Source: Eledone cirrhosa
Lineage: Eukaryota
Length of the DNA stretch: 64,000 nt
NCBI GenBank assembly: GCA_964016885.1
Contig: OZ024763.1
Location: 19,406,001 to 19,470,000, forward strand
Reading direction: 5' to 3'
Each line of letters starts with the position of its first letter. Position 1 is the stretch's first letter. The notes beneath the pieces are model-generated. The model was given only the letters and a program-made list of their open reading frames with translations. It was not told the origin of the DNA and searched no databases. Shown piece after piece: positions 1-16,104 of this stretch. A program made the translations under genes and the position numbers.

Positions 1-8
1 TTTTTCTG

Positions 9-82
9 TCACCCACTCTACTACCTTAAGTATCGAGTACTCTGGTGCGTTATGGTCCACCTGGTATCTTACTACACTTTCT
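9..82 (+). mobile_element. 3' fragment of the pseudo-LTR of the Penelope-like element at 58.5 kb
   Basis: acccactctactaccttaagtatcgagtactctggtgcgttatggtccacctgg closely matches 58616-58670 and runs into a TA tract. Confidence 0.75.
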
Positions 83-89
83 TTGTATG

Positions 90-130
<41 letters not shown>

Positions 131-198
131 GTGTGTGTGCCTGTGTGTGTGTATACAGACACACACATATATATATATATATATGTGTGTGTATACAG

Positions 199-256
<58 letters not shown>

Positions 257-282
257 ATCAAATTTTGTTAAATGCATCTAAT

Positions 283-329
283 TGCTAACGATCGTTTCTT
301 CCTGACAAACGTCTGAAATCATCGGAGCA
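283..329 (-). ncRNA. Hammerhead-like motif (U4C core variant)
   Basis: Reverse complement reads tgct-CCGATGA-tttcagac gttt gtcaggaa-GAAA-cgatcg-TT-agca; stem III is palindromic. Confidence 0.5.
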
Positions 330-577
330 TTTAAAATGTTAAAACAAATAAATTCCCAATCCTTAGAACATTTATTAAGATACATTATATTTGAGAAGAC
401 TAATTATTAGTGTCAGTTACAATATATTGAAGAGTAGGAGCAAAAGAACATTATAATGAAAAGATAGTAAAATATTGAAAAGTATTATAAAGAAAAGATG
501 CTTTGAAGCTATATGATATATACAGGGGATATTACTTAAAAATCAATATATCAAGCATATCATACCAGGAATATAAA

Positions 578-770
578 TAATTGGTTCTACTGTTGGCACA
601 AGGCCAGCAATTACCCAGTACATTACTGGCACTTTATTTTATCGACCCCGTAAGGATAAAGGCAAAGTTAACCTCGGCGGGATTTGCACTCAGAATGGTA
701 AGGGCTGTAACTCTTTGCTCCAAAGCATGGCGTCCGACCCTCTACCGATACTGCCAATCCACCTCCCAAA
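578..770 (-). mobile_element. SINE copy (same family as 16935 and 38850)
   Basis: Reverse complement contains caaatcccgccgaggttaactttgcctttatccttacggggtcgataaaa...ggccttgtgccaacagtagaaccaatta, shared with two other loci. Confidence 0.75.
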
Positions 771-987
771 AAGCACTATATTACCCTTATCTTATATATA
801 ACTATATATAGATTATGTATGTATAAGTATAAATATTACTTTAACTATTATATATATATATGAATGTATGTATAGTATATTTGGCAATATACCGTATGTT
901 TAATTAAAAATATTTAGAAGGCCATTCGCTATCAGCTTTAAAGTAGTGACTATGTCACTTACTTATTCTCGGCAAAGGTTGGGAGAA

Positions 988-1030
988 TGGCTGACAGGTG
1001 TTTCTCGCTGCTTGGCGTTTATCAAAGCCA
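988..1030 (-). ncRNA. Type I hammerhead ribozyme, U3:A8 core
   Basis: Reverse complement reads tggct-TTGATAA-acgc caagca gcga-GAAA-cacctg-TC-agcca; 5-bp stem I and a GUC site. Confidence 0.6.
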
Positions 1031-1323
1031 CACACTCACCTGCCTTTGCTGAAAATTATAGAGGCTGGATTCTTATAGAATTCCAGTAATAATCAGGAGC
1101 TGATTACACAGAACGATTGAGGGTCCAGCAAAAATTAGGTATTATATATATATATATAGTTATACTTGGGGATGGTCATATTGTTATAATATTGCCAGAA
1201 ATAATAACAGAACACACTCACTGTTTGGTTTGGGTTGGTTTTCGCTTCTGTATCTTTTATATCTCCATAGTTAATTTATTTGGCAATCAATGTTTATCAT
1301 TGATTGACCAACGGTTAAAAAAT

Positions 1324-1359
<36 letters not shown>

Positions 1360-1361
1360 TC

Positions 1362-1415
1362 ATAGTCTATCAAAGTTCTTTCGCCACACATCTGCGACAT
1401 CATCAGTGGTACTAT
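1362..1415 (-). ncRNA. Type I hammerhead-like motif
   Basis: Reverse complement reads atagtacca-CTGATGA-tgtcgca gatg tgtggc-GAAA-gaac-TT-tgatagactat; stem I is bulged. Confidence 0.55.
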
Positions 1416-1508
1416 TATGTTTCCTCCCATTGTATTGTAAAGTTTACGCCAAGTATAACAATATTTGTTTCGACACACGATTTCATATCAAAAACCTTGC
1501 AAAAAAAA

Positions 1509-3722
<2,214 letters not shown>

Positions 3723-3849
3723 AATTTTTATGATTTAGTGTTAAGAATAAAAACTAATGATAAAAACAAAAATATCTCTTAAAAAATCCAGCCCTCGCGT
3801 GTGTGGGTGGGGGGGGCCTAAGATATAGCTTATAGGTAAGTCTAGCACT

Positions 3850-4933
3850 CAGTGTGAGTGAGTGAGTGAGTGAGTGTGAGTGAGGGAGAGTGAGTGGGGA
3901 GTGTGAGTGAGGGAGAGTGAGTGGGGAGTGTGAGTGAAGGAGAGTGAGTGAGTGTGAGGGAGTGTAAGTGAGGGAGAGTGAGTGAGTGTGAGTGAGGAGT
4001 GTGAGTGAGGGAGAGTGAGTGAGTGTAAGTGAGGGAATGTGAGTGAGGGAGTGTGAGTGAGTGTGAGTGAGGGAAAGTGAGTGAGTGATGAGCAGAGTGA
4101 GTGAGGGAGTGTGAGTGAGGGAGTGTGAGTGAGGGAGTGTGAGTGAGGGAGAGTGAGTGAGGAGTGAGTGAGGAGTGTGAGTGAGGAGAGTGAGTGAGTG
4201 AGTGAGTGTGTGAGGAGTGAGTGAGGGAGAGTGAGTGAGTGAGGAGAGTGAGTGAGGGAGTGTGAGTGAGTGAGTGTGAGTGAGTGAGGTGAGTGAGGGA
4301 GTGTGAGTGAGGGAGAGTGAGTGAGTGTGAGTGAGGGAGTGTGAGTGAGTGAGTGAGTGTGAGGTGAGTGAGGGAGTGTGAGTGAGTGAGGGAGTGTGTC
4401 TGTATGTGTGTGTATGTATGTCTGTGTGTGTCTGTCTGTCTGTGAGTGAGTGTGTGTCACTATGTATGTGTCTGTCTGTATGTGTATATGTATGTGTCTG
4501 TGTGTATATCTGTTGTATGTATGTGTGTGTATATGTATGTATGTATGTGTGTATATATGGTATGTGTCTGTGTGTATGTATGTATGTATGTATGTGTGTG
4601 GTATATGTATGTATGTGTGTATATGTATGTCTGTGTGTATATCTGTATGAATGTATGTGTGTGTGTGTATATGTATGTATGTATGTGTGTGTATATGTAT
4701 ATATGTATGTGTGTGTATATGTATATATGTATGTGTGTGTATATGTATGTGTCTGTGTGTATATATGTATGTATGTATGTGTGTGTATATGTATGTGTCT
4801 GTATATGTATGTATGTATGTATGTATGTGTATATGTATGTATGTGTGTATATGTATGTGTCTGTGTGTATATCTGTATGTGTGTGTATATGTGTGTATGT
4901 ATATGTGTGTATATGTATGTATGTGTGTGTGTG

Positions 4934-4964
<31 letters not shown>

Positions 4965-5013
4965 GTGTGTATATGTATGTATGTATGTGTATGTATATAT
5001 GTATGTATGTGTG

Positions 5014-5044
<31 letters not shown>

Positions 5045-5172
5045 GTGTATATATATGTATGTATGTATGTATGTGTGTGTATATGTATGTACGTATGTAT
5101 ATGTGTGTATATGTATGTATGTGTGTGTATATGTATGTATGTATGTGGCATATGTATGTATGTATGTGTGTG

Positions 5173-5204
<32 letters not shown>

Positions 5205-5447
5205 TATGTATGTATGTATGTGTGTGTATATGTATGTATGTATGTGTGTATATGTATGTATGTATGTATGTATGTGTGTGTTATTAGTATGTATATATGC
5301 ATGTGTCTGTGTGTATGTATGTATGTGTGTGTATATATGTATGTGTCTGTGTGTCTGTGTGTATATGTATGTGTGTATATGTATGTATGTATGTGTGTGT
5401 ATATGTATGTATGTATGTGTGTGTATGTATGTGTGTATATGTATGTA
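3850..5447. repeat. Compound simple repeat: (GAGT/GTGA)n then (TATG/TG)n
   Basis: Direct inspection. Confidence 0.95.
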
Positions 5448-5590
5448 ATCACCAGATTATATAAATTACTGTTAAACCGATAAAGTTTCTATATTTCTTC
5501 CGTGTTAAGAGATTATTTGAGTAAACTGTGACAGAGACCAGCTTTACCGTCTTTATATTATGACACTTGGAAATATACTTCAGCTATATA

Positions 5591-5792
5591 CGAGGCTCGG
5601 CTGAAGTTCATAGACTGACCAAGATACTCTTGTGGAATGACCAATGGAGGTTTATTTTTCAACATAATCTCTGGAAAGAATCTATGCAGTTATTAATAAT
5701 AATTAAAAAAATTGAAAATAATGCATGTAAGATTTCACAGCCCTAACATCACTCGTCCTTAGTCAACCTATGAACCTTTCAGCTGATTCTCG
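5591..5792. mobile_element. Tc1/mariner-type MITE
   Basis: Imperfect TIRs cgaggctcggctgaagttcatagactgac / gtcaacctatgaacctttcagctgattctcg, TA-like flanks; related copy follows. Confidence 0.65.
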
Positions 5793-5875
5793 TGTATATA
5801 TATATATATATAATATATATATAAATTAGAATTGTTGCTCTGAAATATATATATACATTCATATATATAAATGTA

Positions 5876-6060
5876 TGCGGGTCAGCTGAAAAGTACATAT
5901 GCTACCAAGGTACTCTCATGGAATGTGCAAATGAGGTTTATTTTTCAACATAGTCCCTGGGAAAGAAACAATGCAGTTATTAATAAGAAGAGTTGAAGTT
6001 AATGCATGCAAGATTTCACAGCCCTAGCATCATACCTTCATAGTCAGCCGACCCTCCTGT
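5876..6060. mobile_element. Second, diverged copy of the same MITE
   Basis: Shares gaggtttatttttcaacata...atgcagttattaataa...aagatttcacagcccta with 5591-5792. Confidence 0.65.
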
Positions 6061-6063
6061 ATG

Positions 6064-6133
<70 letters not shown>

Positions 6134-6303
6134 CAATATCGGAGAAAGCTTTTTAGCGATACTCCGGCCAAATTCCAACTCACTCAACAAACATTAGGAA
6201 ATAAGTGATTATATTCCCAATTATGTGTTCGGGTTGCTAACTAAAAGTATTGCGTGAAAATTGGCTGTATTATTTCATATGAGACATATCAAATATATCT
6301 CTT

Positions 6304-6430
6304 CCCAGGCGGACGTCTCGTTTCATTATAGGATTCCTACAATTTGGGTTAAATTATACCAATTTATGTAGGAGCTTGTATACCATCAATAGATATATAT
6401 TCAAGTGGGCTCCTATAATTCATCAGTGGG
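6304..6430 (-). ncRNA. Hammerhead-like motif with long stem II
   Basis: Reverse complement reads ccca-CTGATGA-attatagga...tcctataat-GAAA-cgagacg-TC-cgcc-tggg; perfect 9-bp stem II, stem I offset by 4 nt. Confidence 0.45.
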
Positions 6431-6647
6431 TGCCCCAATAATACTAATATTGATAATCTAACCAACATCAGTATTTAGCGATAATCATCATCTGTGCCTG
6501 AGGTATCTGTCAGGTTGCCAGTCCAACAGTTCTAAAGAAATGCTCAAACTGATTCAAAAAATGAGGAAGTAAATTACCACCAAAAAAAACAATACATGCG
6601 CATGACAATGAACTCTGAAAGGAATTCAGGCCACGTGCTAAGAACTC

Positions 6648-6682
<35 letters not shown>

Positions 6683-6925
6683 ATACACAATATAGTGTAT
6701 GTGAGTTAGGGAATTACTGCTGGTGTTACCAATATGAGCACTCAATGCACAGGGAGAGTGTATATATTGGTTGAACCACCAGTCTGACGCGCAGACGGAG
6801 ACTGGAGTTAGGTCTGTAACCATGGTTGACCATGGGTCTTCAGGAGTGTAGCCGTTCTCACCATGCTTGACTAATTGCAGGCTGGTGAGGCTATTTAACC
6901 CATAGTTGGGGCGGATGACTTACAG

Positions 6926-7235
6926 CAGTGCTACTCAAAGTGGTGGTCCACGGACCGGTGCCGGTATGCGAGCCATCAGTTACCGGTACGCGGCCCGTGT
7001 CCAGGCCATGCTAAGGAATCATTTGAGCAATTTTTTTATTACTTTTTTATGTTTTGATATTGCATTATTTGTTTACAAAATAAATAGAAGATAAAAAAAT
7101 GGTCAACTATTATTATATTTCATTATATATATCGTTTCCGGTATAAATTAATATTACTACGAAATATTAGCGGTACGTGGCACATTAAAAAAAAGAAATG
7201 TCGGTCCGCCACATCAGATAGTTTGAGAAGCACTG
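6926..7235. mobile_element. hAT (Charlie/MER5-like) MITE, 310 bp
   Basis: TIRs cagtgctactcaaa / tttgagaagcactg; 8-bp TSD acttacag (6918-6925) / gcttacag (7236-7243). Confidence 0.85.
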
Positions 7236-7378
7236 GCTTACAGGATGATTTAGAGGAGAACATCTCCCTTTTTAAACAGCTCTTGTTTTTTCGTGCTGCT
7301 GGGGTTCCACAAATCGTCTTCAGAAGACCAAAGTCTTAGGGTGGATCCGGTTTACGTCGCCGACCACTCGACCATGAA

Positions 7379-8438
7379 GCAGGCTGTACCGAGTTACATA
7401 GTACCAGTAGCAGACTATACTGAGTTACATAGTACCAGTAGCAGGCTGTACCGAGTTACATAGTACCAGTAGCAGGCTGTACTGAGTTACATAGTACCAG
7501 TAGCAGGCTATACTGAGTTACATAGTACCAGTAGCAGGCTATACTGAGTTACATAGTACCAGTAGCAGGCTATACTGAGTTACATAGTACCAGTAGCAGG
7601 CTATACTGAGTTACATAGTACCAGTAGCAGGCTGTACTGAGTTACATAGTACCAGTAGCAGGCTATACTGAGTTACATAGTACCAGTAGCAGGCTGTACT
7701 GAGTTACATAGTACCAGTAGCAGGCTATACTGAGTTACATAGTACCAGTAGCAGGCTGTACTGAGTTACATAGTACCAGTAGCAGGCTATACTGAGTTAC
7801 ATAGTACCAGTAGCAGGCTGTACTGAGTTACATAGTACCAGTAGCAGGCTGTAGTGAGTTACATAGTACCAGTAGCAGGCTGTACTGAGTTACATAGTAC
7901 CAGTAGCAGACTATACTGAGTTACATAGTACCAGTAGCAGACTATACTGAGTTACATAGTACCAGTAGCAGGCTGTACTGCGTTACATAGTACCAGTAGC
8001 AGGCTATACTGAGTTACATAGTGCCAGTAGCAGGCTGTAGTGAGTTACATAGTACCAGTAGCAGGCTGTACTGAGTTACATAGTACCAGTAGCAGGCTAT
8101 ACTGAGTTACATAGTACCAGTAGCAGGCTGTAGTGAGTTACATAGTACCAGTAGCAGGCTGTACTGAGTTACATAGTACCAGTAGCAGGCTGTACTGAGT
8201 TACATAGTACCAGTAGCAGGCTATGCTGAGTTACATAGTACCAGTAGCAGACTGTAGTGAGTTACATAGTACCAGTAGCAGGCTGTACTGCGTTACATAG
8301 TACCAGTAGCAGGCTATACTGAGTTACATAGTACCAGTAGCAGGCTGTACTGAGTTACATAGTACCAGTAGCAGGCTGTACTGAGTTACATAATACCAGT
8401 AGCAGGCTGTACTGAGTTACATAGTACCAGTAGCAGGC
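7379..8438. repeat. 31-bp minisatellite, ~34 copies
   Basis: Unit gcaggctgtactgagttacatagtaccagta, head to tail with no spacers. Confidence 0.97.
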
Positions 8439-8498
8439 AGAAGGCTGACCTAACTATTATGCGAGGCGATACGACAGCAAAGAATGTGAACTCTGCAT

Positions 8499-8729
8499 GT
8501 GAGTAGAGTTCCCCAGAAGTATGTGGAGAAGTTCAAATATCTCGGGGCCGTGTTCACGAGTGATGGAAGGCACGGGGCTGAATTCAGTGCAAGAATTGCA
8601 GAAGCTGGTGCAGTAATGCACCAGCTCCTGCATCCAGTAATCAGAAGAAGGGAGGTAGGTGTAAAAGCCAAACTCACTGTCTTTAATTCAGTATCCGTGT
8701 CAACCCTTACCTATGGTCATAGGTCTTGG
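8499..8729 (+). mobile_element. RTE-type LINE reverse transcriptase C-terminal fragment
   Basis: VEKFKYLGAVFTSDG...RIAEA...AKLTVFNSVSVSTLTYGH resembles the FKYLG...LTYG.E.W thumb region; ends at (GAA)n. Confidence 0.7.
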
Positions 8730-10148
8730 AAGAAGAAGAAGAAGAAGAAGAAGAAGAAGAAGAAGAAGAAGAAGAAGAAGGGAGGGGTGATGGAAATATA
8801 TGTGGCGGTGAAAGTGCAGGTGTTGTTAGAGTTGTTGTTGTTGGTGGTGGAAGTAGTGATTGCTGTTGTTGCTGTTGTGATGGTGTTGTGGTGTTGGTGG
8901 TGGAGTAGGTGGTGGTGTGGTGTTGTTGTTGGTGGTGGTGGTGGTGTTGGTGGAGGGTGTAGTGGTGGTGGTGTTGGTGGTGGAGTAGGTGGTGGTGGTG
9001 TTGTTGTTGGTGGTGTTGGTGGTGGTGGTGTTGTTGCTGTTGTGATGGTGTTGGTGGAGGGTGTAGTGGTAGTGGTGGTGGTGTTGGTGGCGGAGTAGGT
9101 GGTGGTGGTGTTGGTGGTGGTGGTGTTGGTGGTGGTGGTGGTGGTGGTGTTGGTGGTGATGGAGGAACTGGTGGTGATGGTGTTGTTGTTGTTGGTGGTG
9201 GTGTTGGTGGTGGAGGGTGTAGTGGTAGTGGTGATAGTGGTGGAGTAGGTGATGGTGGTGTTGTTGTTGTTGGTGTTGGTGGTGGTGTTCGTGGAGGATG
9301 TAGTGGTAGTGGTGTTGGTGGTGGTAGTGGAGTAGGTGGTGATGGTGTTGGTGGTGGTAGTGTTGTTGCTGTTGTGATGGTGTTGGTGGAGGAGGTGGTG
9401 ATGGTGGTGGTGGTGTTGTTGGTGGTGGTGATGGAGGAGGTGGTGGTGGTGTTGTTGTTGGTGGTGGTGTTGGTGGTGGTGGTGGTGTTGGTGGTGTTGG
9501 TGGTGTTGCTGTTGTGATGGTGTTGGTGGAGGATGTAGTGGTAGTGGTGGTGTTGGTGGTGGTGATGGAGGAGGTGGTGGTGATGGTGGTGGTATTGTTG
9601 TTGGTGGTGGTGTTGTTGGTGGTGGTGTTGGTGGTGTTGTTGCTGTTGTGATGGTGTTGGTGGAGGATGTAGTGGTAGTTGTTGGTGGTGTTATTGGTGG
9701 TGGTGTTGGTGGTGGTGGTGATGAAGTAAGTGGTGGTGGTGTTGTTGTTGGTGGTGGTGGTGGTGTTGGTGGTGTTGTTGCTGTTGTGATGGTGTTGGTG
9801 GAGGATGTAGTGGTAGTTGTTGGTGGTGTTATTGGTGGTGGTGTTGGTGGTGGTGATGAAGTAAGTGGTGGTGGTGTTGTTGTTGTTGGTGGTGGTGGTG
9901 TTGGTGGTGTTGTTGCTGTTGTGATGGTGTTGGTGGAGGATGTAGTGGTAGTGGTGGTGGTGTTGGTGGAGGATGTAGTGGTAGTGGTGGTGGTGTTGGT
10001 GGAGGATGTAGTGGTAGTGGTGGTGGTGTTGGTGGAGGATGTAGTGGTAGTGGTGGTGGTGTTGGTGGAGGATGTAGTGGTAGTGGCGGTGGTGGTGTTG
10101 GTGGTAGTGTTGTTGGTGGTGGTGGAGGTGGTGGTGGTGGTGGTGGTG
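8729..10148. repeat. (GAA)n followed by degenerate (GGT/GTT)n with higher-order subrepeats
   Basis: Direct inspection. Confidence 0.9.
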
Positions 10149-10269
10149 TCGAGGTAGAAAGAAGAATCTCAGCAATATAGACATTTGGAATAAACAAAAG
10201 GAAAGGTCTGAGGCAATATGGCGGTGGATTGTGTAGCGGATCGATGAGAAACCTAGCATGAGACAATGT

Positions 10270-10300
<31 letters not shown>

Positions 10301-10328
10301 CATACATACACACATAAGTAAGCATGTG

Positions 10329-10363
<35 letters not shown>

Positions 10364-10597
10364 GTATATATATATGTATATATATGTATATGTATATATG
10401 AATATGTAATGATAACGTGGGTGTATATATACATATATGTATGTATGTGTATATATATATATGTATACATACATTATATATATATAAATATATATAAATA
10501 TGTGTGTGTGTTGTTATACTTATGTAAATGTATAATATATATTATATACGTATCTATATATAGATATGTATGTGTGTATATATATTATGTATGTGTG

Positions 10598-10643
<46 letters not shown>

Positions 10644-10747
10644 ATATATATACATACATACATACATATATATATACCGTTAAGAAGAATGGTGGGGTTT
10701 CCTGTGTATATCATTCATGAACGAGAGGTCGTGACAGAACTGTAGGG

Positions 10748-11864
10748 CAACTACAACAGTAGCTACTACAACAACTACAACTACAACAGTAGCTACAACA
10801 ACAACAACAACTACAACAGTAGCTACAACTACAACTACAACAACAACTACTACAACTACAACAACAACAACAACTACAACTACAACAACAACAACTACAA
10901 CAGTAGCTACAACAACAACTACAACAACTACAACAGTAGCTACAACAACAACTACAACAACAACTACAACAGTAGCTACAACAACAACAACAACAACAAC
11001 AACAACAGTAGCTACAACAACAACTACAACAACAACAACTACAACAACTACAACAACAACTACAACTACAACTACAACAACAACTACAACAGTAGCTACA
11101 ACAACAACTACAACAACAACTACAACAGTAGCTACAACAGTAGCTACAACAACAACTACAACAACAACTACAACAACAACTACAAACTACAACAACAACA
11201 ACAACAGTAGCTACAACAACAACTACAACAACAACTACAACAACAACTACAACAGTAGCTACAACAACAACTACAACAACAACTACAACAACAACTACAA
11301 CAGTAGCTACAACAACAACTACAACAACTACAGTGGGTAGTGGTGGTGGTGGTGGTGGTGGTGTGGGTAGTGGTGGTGGTGTGGGTAGTGGTGAAGGTGG
11401 TTAGTGGTGGTCGTGGTGGTGGTGTGGGTAGTGGTGGTGGTGGTGGTGTGGGTAATGGTGGTGTGGGTGGTGGTGGTGGTGATGGGGTAGGTGGTGGTAG
11501 TGTGGGTAGTGGTGGTGGTGTGGGTAGTGGTGGTGGTGGTGGCGGTGGTGGCGGTGATGGTGTTAATGGTGGTGGTGGTGGTGTGGGTAGTGGTGGTGGT
11601 GGTGGTTTGGGTAGTGGTGGTGGTGGTAGTGGTGGTGGTGGTGGTGGTGGTGTGGGTAGTGGAGGTGGTGGTGGTTTGGGTAGTGGTGGTGGTGGTGGTG
11701 TGGGTAGTGGTGGTGGTGGTAGTGGTGGGGTGGTGGTGGTGGTGTGGGTAGTGGTGGTGGTGGTAGTGGTGGTGGTGTGGGTGGTGTTGGTGATAGTGGT
11801 GTGGTGGTGGTGGTGGTGGGTAGTGGTGGTAGTGGTGGTGGTGGGGGTAGTGGTAGTGGTGGTG
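10748..11864. repeat. (CAA/CTA)n followed by (GGT)n
   Basis: Direct inspection. Confidence 0.9.
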
Positions 11865-11894
11865 TCAGACAGCGATGGTGAGAGACCAGAGAAC

Positions 11895-14800
11895 CCCCCC
11901 CCCTCATCCGCCTCTTTCTCTCTATCTCTCTTATCGTTTCTTTTACTCTTTCTATCCCTCACTCTCACACCCTCTCTCTCTCACTCACTCTCTCTCTGTC
12001 TCATTTCGTCTTCCACATCTTTTGCCACCTTTGTTTTCCTTTCAACTTCTCCCCCTCTTTCATATTCATGCTTTGTTTCTCCTCCTTCCTCTCTCCCCCT
12101 CCCCCGGTCTTCCTCTTTTAAAACCCTTCTTTCATATTATGCCTCCCTCTCTCTCTCTCTCTTATCTTTTCCTCCCACCCCTTACATATTTTTCCACTTC
12201 CTTCTTCCACACTTCCTCCCCACCTTCCACCTCCCCTCTATATCCCCCCCTCCCACCTTCGCCTCCACTCTTGTTCTTATTCCCCCCCCCCCACCTCTGT
12301 TCCACTATCCACCATTATTTCCACCTCCTTCTTTATCTCCAATCCTTCTCCATTTTATATTCCTACTTTCACTTTCTCAAACTCTTCTTTCTTTCTTTCT
12401 TACTTTCTACTACCACTACTACCACTATTACTACCACTATTACTACCACCACTACCACAGCACTACCACTACTACTCATGTATTTTTCCACCTCCCACCT
12501 CCCTCTCTCCGCCGTTCCGCACTTGTCTTCACGCTCTGTTAGTTTACTCATTCGACTGTGTTACGTGCAGACGGTGGTGGATGGGCGGCTGGGGGAAAGA
12601 GAAAGAGAGATAGAGATAGAAAGACAGATACAGAGAGGGAGGAGAGAGAGAGAGAGAGAGCGAGAGGGAGAGAGAAGGGGTGAGAAGGGGGGGAGGAGAG
12701 ATAGAGATAGAAAGACAGATACAGAGAGGGAGGGAGAGAGAGAAAAAGAGAGAGAGAGAAAGAGAGAGAAGAAGAGAGAGGAAGATAGAAAGAGACAGAG
12801 AGACAAGGGGAGAGAGGGGGAGAGGAGAGAGAGAGAGGGAGAGAGAGGTGGAGAGAGAGGTAGGAGAGAGAGGGGGGAGAGAGAGACGTTCTCAGTACAA
12901 CTATTGGCTGCTATTCCAGCAAAACCCACCATGTGTAATATTGAAGTCTTTGGTGTTGTGGTGGTGGTGTTGCGGTGTGGTGGTGGTGTTGCGGTGTGAT
13001 GGTGGTGTTGCGGTGTGATGGTGGTGTTGTGGTGTGGTGGTGGTGTTGTGTTGTGTTGGTGTTGTGTTGTGGTGTTGTGTTGTGTTGTGATGGTGGTGTT
13101 GTGGTGTTGTGTTGTGGTGTGGTGGTGTTGTGGGTGGTGTGGTGTGGTGTTGTGGTGTTGTGGTGTGGTGTGGTGTTGTGGTGTTGTGGTGTTGTGGTGT
13201 GATGGTGGTGTTGCGGTGTGATGGTGGTGTTGTGGTGTGGTGGTGTTGTGTTGTGTTGTGTTGTGTTGTGTTGTGGTGTTGTGTTGTGTTGTGTGTGTGG
13301 TGGTGTTGTGGTGTGGTGTTGTGTTTGTGATGGTGGTGTTGTGGTGTGGTGGTGTTGTGGTGTGGTGTGGTGTTGTGGTGTTGTGGTGTGGTGTGGTGTT
13401 GTGGTGTTGTGGTGTGATGGTGGTGTTGTGGTGTTGTGTTGTGTTGTGGTGTTGTGGTGTGGTGTTGTATTGTGGTGTGGTGTTGTGATTGGTGGTGTGG
13501 TGTGGTGGTGTGTTGTAGTGTTGTGTTGTGATGGTGGTGTTGTGGTGTGGTGTTGTGATGGTGGTGTTGTGGTGTGGTGTTGTGATGGTGGTGTTGTGGG
13601 TTGGTGTTGTGGTGTGTGGTGGTGTGGTGTTGTGTTGTGGTGTTGTGGTGGTGTGATGGTGGTGTTGTGGTGTTGTGTTGTGTTGTGGTGTGGTGTTGGT
13701 GTTGTGGTGGTGTTGTGGTGTGGTGTGGTGTGATGGGGGTGTTGTGGTGTTGTAGTGTGGTGTGGTGTTGTGTTGTGGTGGTGGTGTGGTGTTGTATTGT
13801 GGTGTTGTGTTGTGGTGGTGTGATGGTGTTGTGGTGGTGTTGTGTGTGGTGTTGTGGTGTAGTGTTGTGGTGTGGTGTGGTGGTGGTGGTGGTGGTTGTG
13901 GTGTGGTGTGGTGTGGTGGTGTGGTGTTGTGCTGTGTTTGTTTGGTGTCATGTGTAGTTGTGGTGTGTTGTGGTGTGTGTTTGTTTGTGTTGTGTTGTGG
14001 TGTTGTGTTGTGCAGTGTTTGTTTGGTGTTGTGCTGTGGTGTTGTGTTGTGCAGTGTTTGTTTTGGTGTTTGTGCTGTGTTGTGATGTTGTGGTTGTGCA
14101 GTGTTTGTTTGGTGTTGTGCTGTGTTGTGGTGTTGTGCAGTGTTTTGTTTGGTGTTGTGCTGTGTTGTGGTGTGTGTTGTGTTGTGCAGTGTTTGTTTGG
14201 TGTTTGTGTTGTGGTATTGTGTTGTGCAGTGTTTGTTTGGTGTTGTGTTGTGTTGTGATGTTGTGTTGTGCAGTGTTTGTTTGGTGTTGTGTTGTGTTGT
14301 GTTGTGGTGTTGTGCAGTGTTTGTTTGGTGTTGTGCTGTGTTATGCTGTGGTGTTGTGTTGTGCAGTGTTTGTTTGGTGTTGTGCTGTGTTGTGTTGTGA
14401 TGTTGTGTTGTACAGTGTTTGTTTGGTGTTGTGGTGTGGGTGTGGTGTTGTGCAGTGTTTGTTTGGTGTTGTGGTGTAGTGTTGTGTTGTGCAGTGTTTG
14501 TTTGGTGTTGTGCTGTGTTGTGGTGTTGTGCTGTGTTGTGGTGTTTGTGGTTTGTTTGGTGCTGTGTTGTGTTGTGGTGTGGTGTGTGGTGTTGTGTTGT
14601 GCAATGTTTGTTTGGTGTTGTGCTGTGTTGTGGTATTGCGTTTGTTTGGTGCTGTGTTGTGTTGTGGTGTGGTGTTGTGTTGTGCAATGTTTGTTTGGTG
14701 TTGTGCTGTGTTGTGGTATTGCGTTTGTTTGGTGTTGTGCTGTGTTGTGTTGTGATGTTGTGTTGTGCAGTGTTTGTTTGGTGTTGTGCTGTGTTGTGGT

Positions 14801-15322
14801 GTTGTGTTTGTTTGGTGTTGTGGTGTGGTGTTGTGCTGTGTTTGTTTGGTGTTGTGTGGTAGTTGTGGTGTGTGTGACTGTGAGGCGTGGTGCTGTGTGG
14901 TTGTGTAGCGGTTGCGGTGGTGTGTAGATGTGTGACTGTATGGTTGTGTGTTGTGTGGTAGTTGTGGTGTGTGTGTGACTGTGTGGTTGTGTCACTGAGT
15001 GGTTGTGTATTGTGTGATTGTGTGTTGTGTGGCTGGGTGGTTGGGTGGTTGTGTTGCTGGTTGGTTGTGTGAAGTGTTGTGTGTTGTGTGGTTGGGTGGT
15101 TGTGTTGCTGGGTGGTTGTGTCGCTGGGTGGTTGTGTTGTGTGGTTGTGCCGCTGGGTGGTTGTGTCGCTGGGTAGTTGTGTTGTGTGGTTGTGTCGCTG
15201 GGTGGTTGTGTTGTTGGGTGGTTGTGTTGTGTGGTTGTGTTGCTGGGTAGTTGTGCCGCTGGGTGGTTGTGCCGCTGGGTGGTTGTGTTGCTGGGTGGTG
15301 TTGTGTTGTGTGGTTGTGTTGG
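11895..15322. repeat. Pyrimidine-rich, (GA)n and (GTGTT/GTG)n low-complexity blocks
   Basis: Direct inspection. Confidence 0.9.
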
Positions 15323-15354
15323 TGCCAAAAGTAGAAACAATGATTTTACGGACG

Positions 15355-15470
15355 CTGATTGGCCGAATGGTTAAGAGAGCTTCGATTTGTCATCAATAGT
15401 TTCTGGGTTCGATTACAATGTGTGGCATCTAGGTCAAATGTCATTTACGATAGCATTTGGGTTGAGTACA
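15355..15470 (+). mobile_element. Degenerate tRNA-derived SINE head
   Basis: A-box tggccgaatgg and B-box ggttcgatt at tRNA-like spacing. Confidence 0.45.
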
Positions 15471-15716
15471 ACAACCTTAGCCCTCGGTCACGTGACCCCA
15501 CGTGGTTGTGCGGCTGTGTATAATTGTCAATGTTTGTCACAGTACTACCACCATTTCAGTAATATATATATATATATATCGATCTATTTCCATTGAACCT
15601 GTCAATATCAATACAGTGATGGCCATCAGTTAATGTCACAGTAATGTGTCAAGCTAGACTTGTTTATTCCCGCTGACATCTCTGTCACTATCTCACGCCG
15701 TCTCTCTCTGTAAGTG

Positions 15717-15908
<192 letters not shown>

Positions 15909-16104
15909 TATATATATACTGTATATAAACATACATTTTATATATACATACATATATATATTATGTATACATACATACATATATTATGAAATACTGTGTG
16001 CCTCTTGCTCATAATAATTTCTATACTTTTCATTTATACACATATATATATATATATATATACGATATACTAACAAATGGAAACTATATTTATAAAACCA
16101 TATT

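Noticed and set aside
7379-8438. CRISPR-like array of 31-bp repeats
   Set aside because: No unique spacers, no cas genes, eukaryotic context
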